A stretch of 63,078 nucleotides of DNA, the filler included, from Chiloscyllium plagiosum (Eukaryota): assembly GCF_004010195.1 (NCBI RefSeq). It is 3 parts of one record of this genome, joined end to end, with 100 filler letters (N's around TTAATTAATTAA, not from the genome) between each part and the next. Parts side by side here need not be neighbours in the genome. Positions count along the whole stretch, not along the records: positions 37,889 to 63,078 come from NC_057712.1; 2 more parts are not named here. One strand, given 5' to 3'. Numbering within the stretch: position 1 is the first letter of the stretch; each line of letters starts with the position of its first letter. Made by a program: the position numbers and the translations under genes. Positions 62,091 through 63,078 of the stretch are shown here, piece by piece. The notes below the pieces were generated by a model. That model ran no database searches and was not told the origin of the DNA. It saw only the letters and a program-made list of their open reading frames with translations.

Positions 62091-62224
62091 GAGAGTCATG
62101 GAGATGTACAGCACAGAAACAGACCCTTTGGTCCAACTCGTCCATGCCAATCCTATATCCTAACCCAATCTCGTCCCATTTTCCAGCATTTGGCCCATAA
62201 CCCTTTAAACTCTTCCTATTCTAA

Positions 62225-63078
62225 AGTTATATGTAAGAAGTTTGAGGGGAGAAGGAACCCAAGACACTACACGTGTAGTGTCTCCCACCCTCCCTCCTCC
62301 TCTAACCTAAAAAAAAGGACTCATTTGGCTGAACAGGTAAGCTACTTAGTGTTCTTGTTTTGGAGACTAAGTGTAGAGTTATGGCAGCGCAGGCAGTGGA
62401 ATGTTCCTCCTGCAGGATGTTTGAGGTAGGGGTGACCACTGATGCTCCTGCCGACTTCACCTGCAGGAAGTACAGCCAGCTCCAGCTCCTCACAGACCGT
62501 GGTAGGGAACTGGAGCTGGAGTTGGATGAACTGAGGATTATTCAAGAGGCTGAGGGGGTAATAGATAGAAGCTACAGGGACATAGTTATGCCAGAGAACA
62601 GAGGTAGCTGGGTAACAGTTAGAGGTGGGAAGGAGAGGAAGCAGGCATTGCAGGGATCCCCAGTGGTCGTTCCCCTCAACAATAAGTATACCGCTTTGGA
62701 TACTGTTGGGGGGGGTGGCCTAGCAGGGGTAAGCTGCAGTGACCGGGTCTCTGGCACGAGGTCCGGCTCTGAGGCCCGGAAGGGAGAGGGGGAGGAGGAG
62801 GAGAGCGCTAATTATAGGAGACTCTCTAGTTAGAGGGACAGGCAGGCGGTTCTGTGGACATGGGCGAGACTCTCGGATGGTTTGTTGCCTCCCGGGTGCC
62901 AGGGTCCGAGACACCTCGGACCGTGTCTTCAGAATCCTTAAGGGGGAGGGTGTGCAGCCAGAAGTCGTGGTGCACGTTGGCACCAACGACATAGGTAGGA
63001 AGAGGGGTGGGGAGGTCATTCAAGAGCTCAGGGAGTTAGGCTGGAAGCTAAAAGCTAGGACGGACAGAGTCGCCATCT
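62225..63078 (+). mobile_element. CR1 LINE 5' UTR and ORF1 (zinc finger, coiled coil, SGNH esterase), running off the window
   Basis: AVECSSCRMFE...FTCRKYSQLQLL, VPLNNKYTAL, IIGDSLVRG, CCLPGARV, VVVHVGTNDI. Confidence 0.9.

Overview
Vertebrate genomic DNA, almost certainly from a shark or related cartilaginous fish, judged by the HE1-type V-SINEs and dense CR1, Penelope and Tx1 repeats. The only host protein-coding gene I can support is xanthine dehydrogenase (XDH) on the minus strand. Nine intact GT-AG exons, equivalent to human exons 11-19, lie between 1638 and 18418; I could not find exons 1-10 in the 44 kb upstream. The most notable structure is a ~10.1 kb degenerate epsilon/gamma-like endogenous retrovirus (25092-35218). 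It has paired LTRs, a CGTG target-site duplication, a tRNA-His-like PBS, a PPT, and gag, pro, RT and env remnants. It carries an intact antisense tRNA-Arg(CCG) gene between env and the 3' LTR, a probable 2H-phosphoesterase remnant between protease and RT, and an internally inverted RT block with integrase deleted. The rest is nested retroelements: CR1 (one copy with a twin-priming-type 5' inversion), Rex1/Babar, Tx1, RTE, Penelope-like elements and hairpins with minimal hammerhead ribozyme cores, solo LTRs, a MITE and minisatellites. Two 100-bp gaps contain artificial TTAATTAATTAA scaffold linkers. Repeat boundaries are approximate unless a TSD is quoted.
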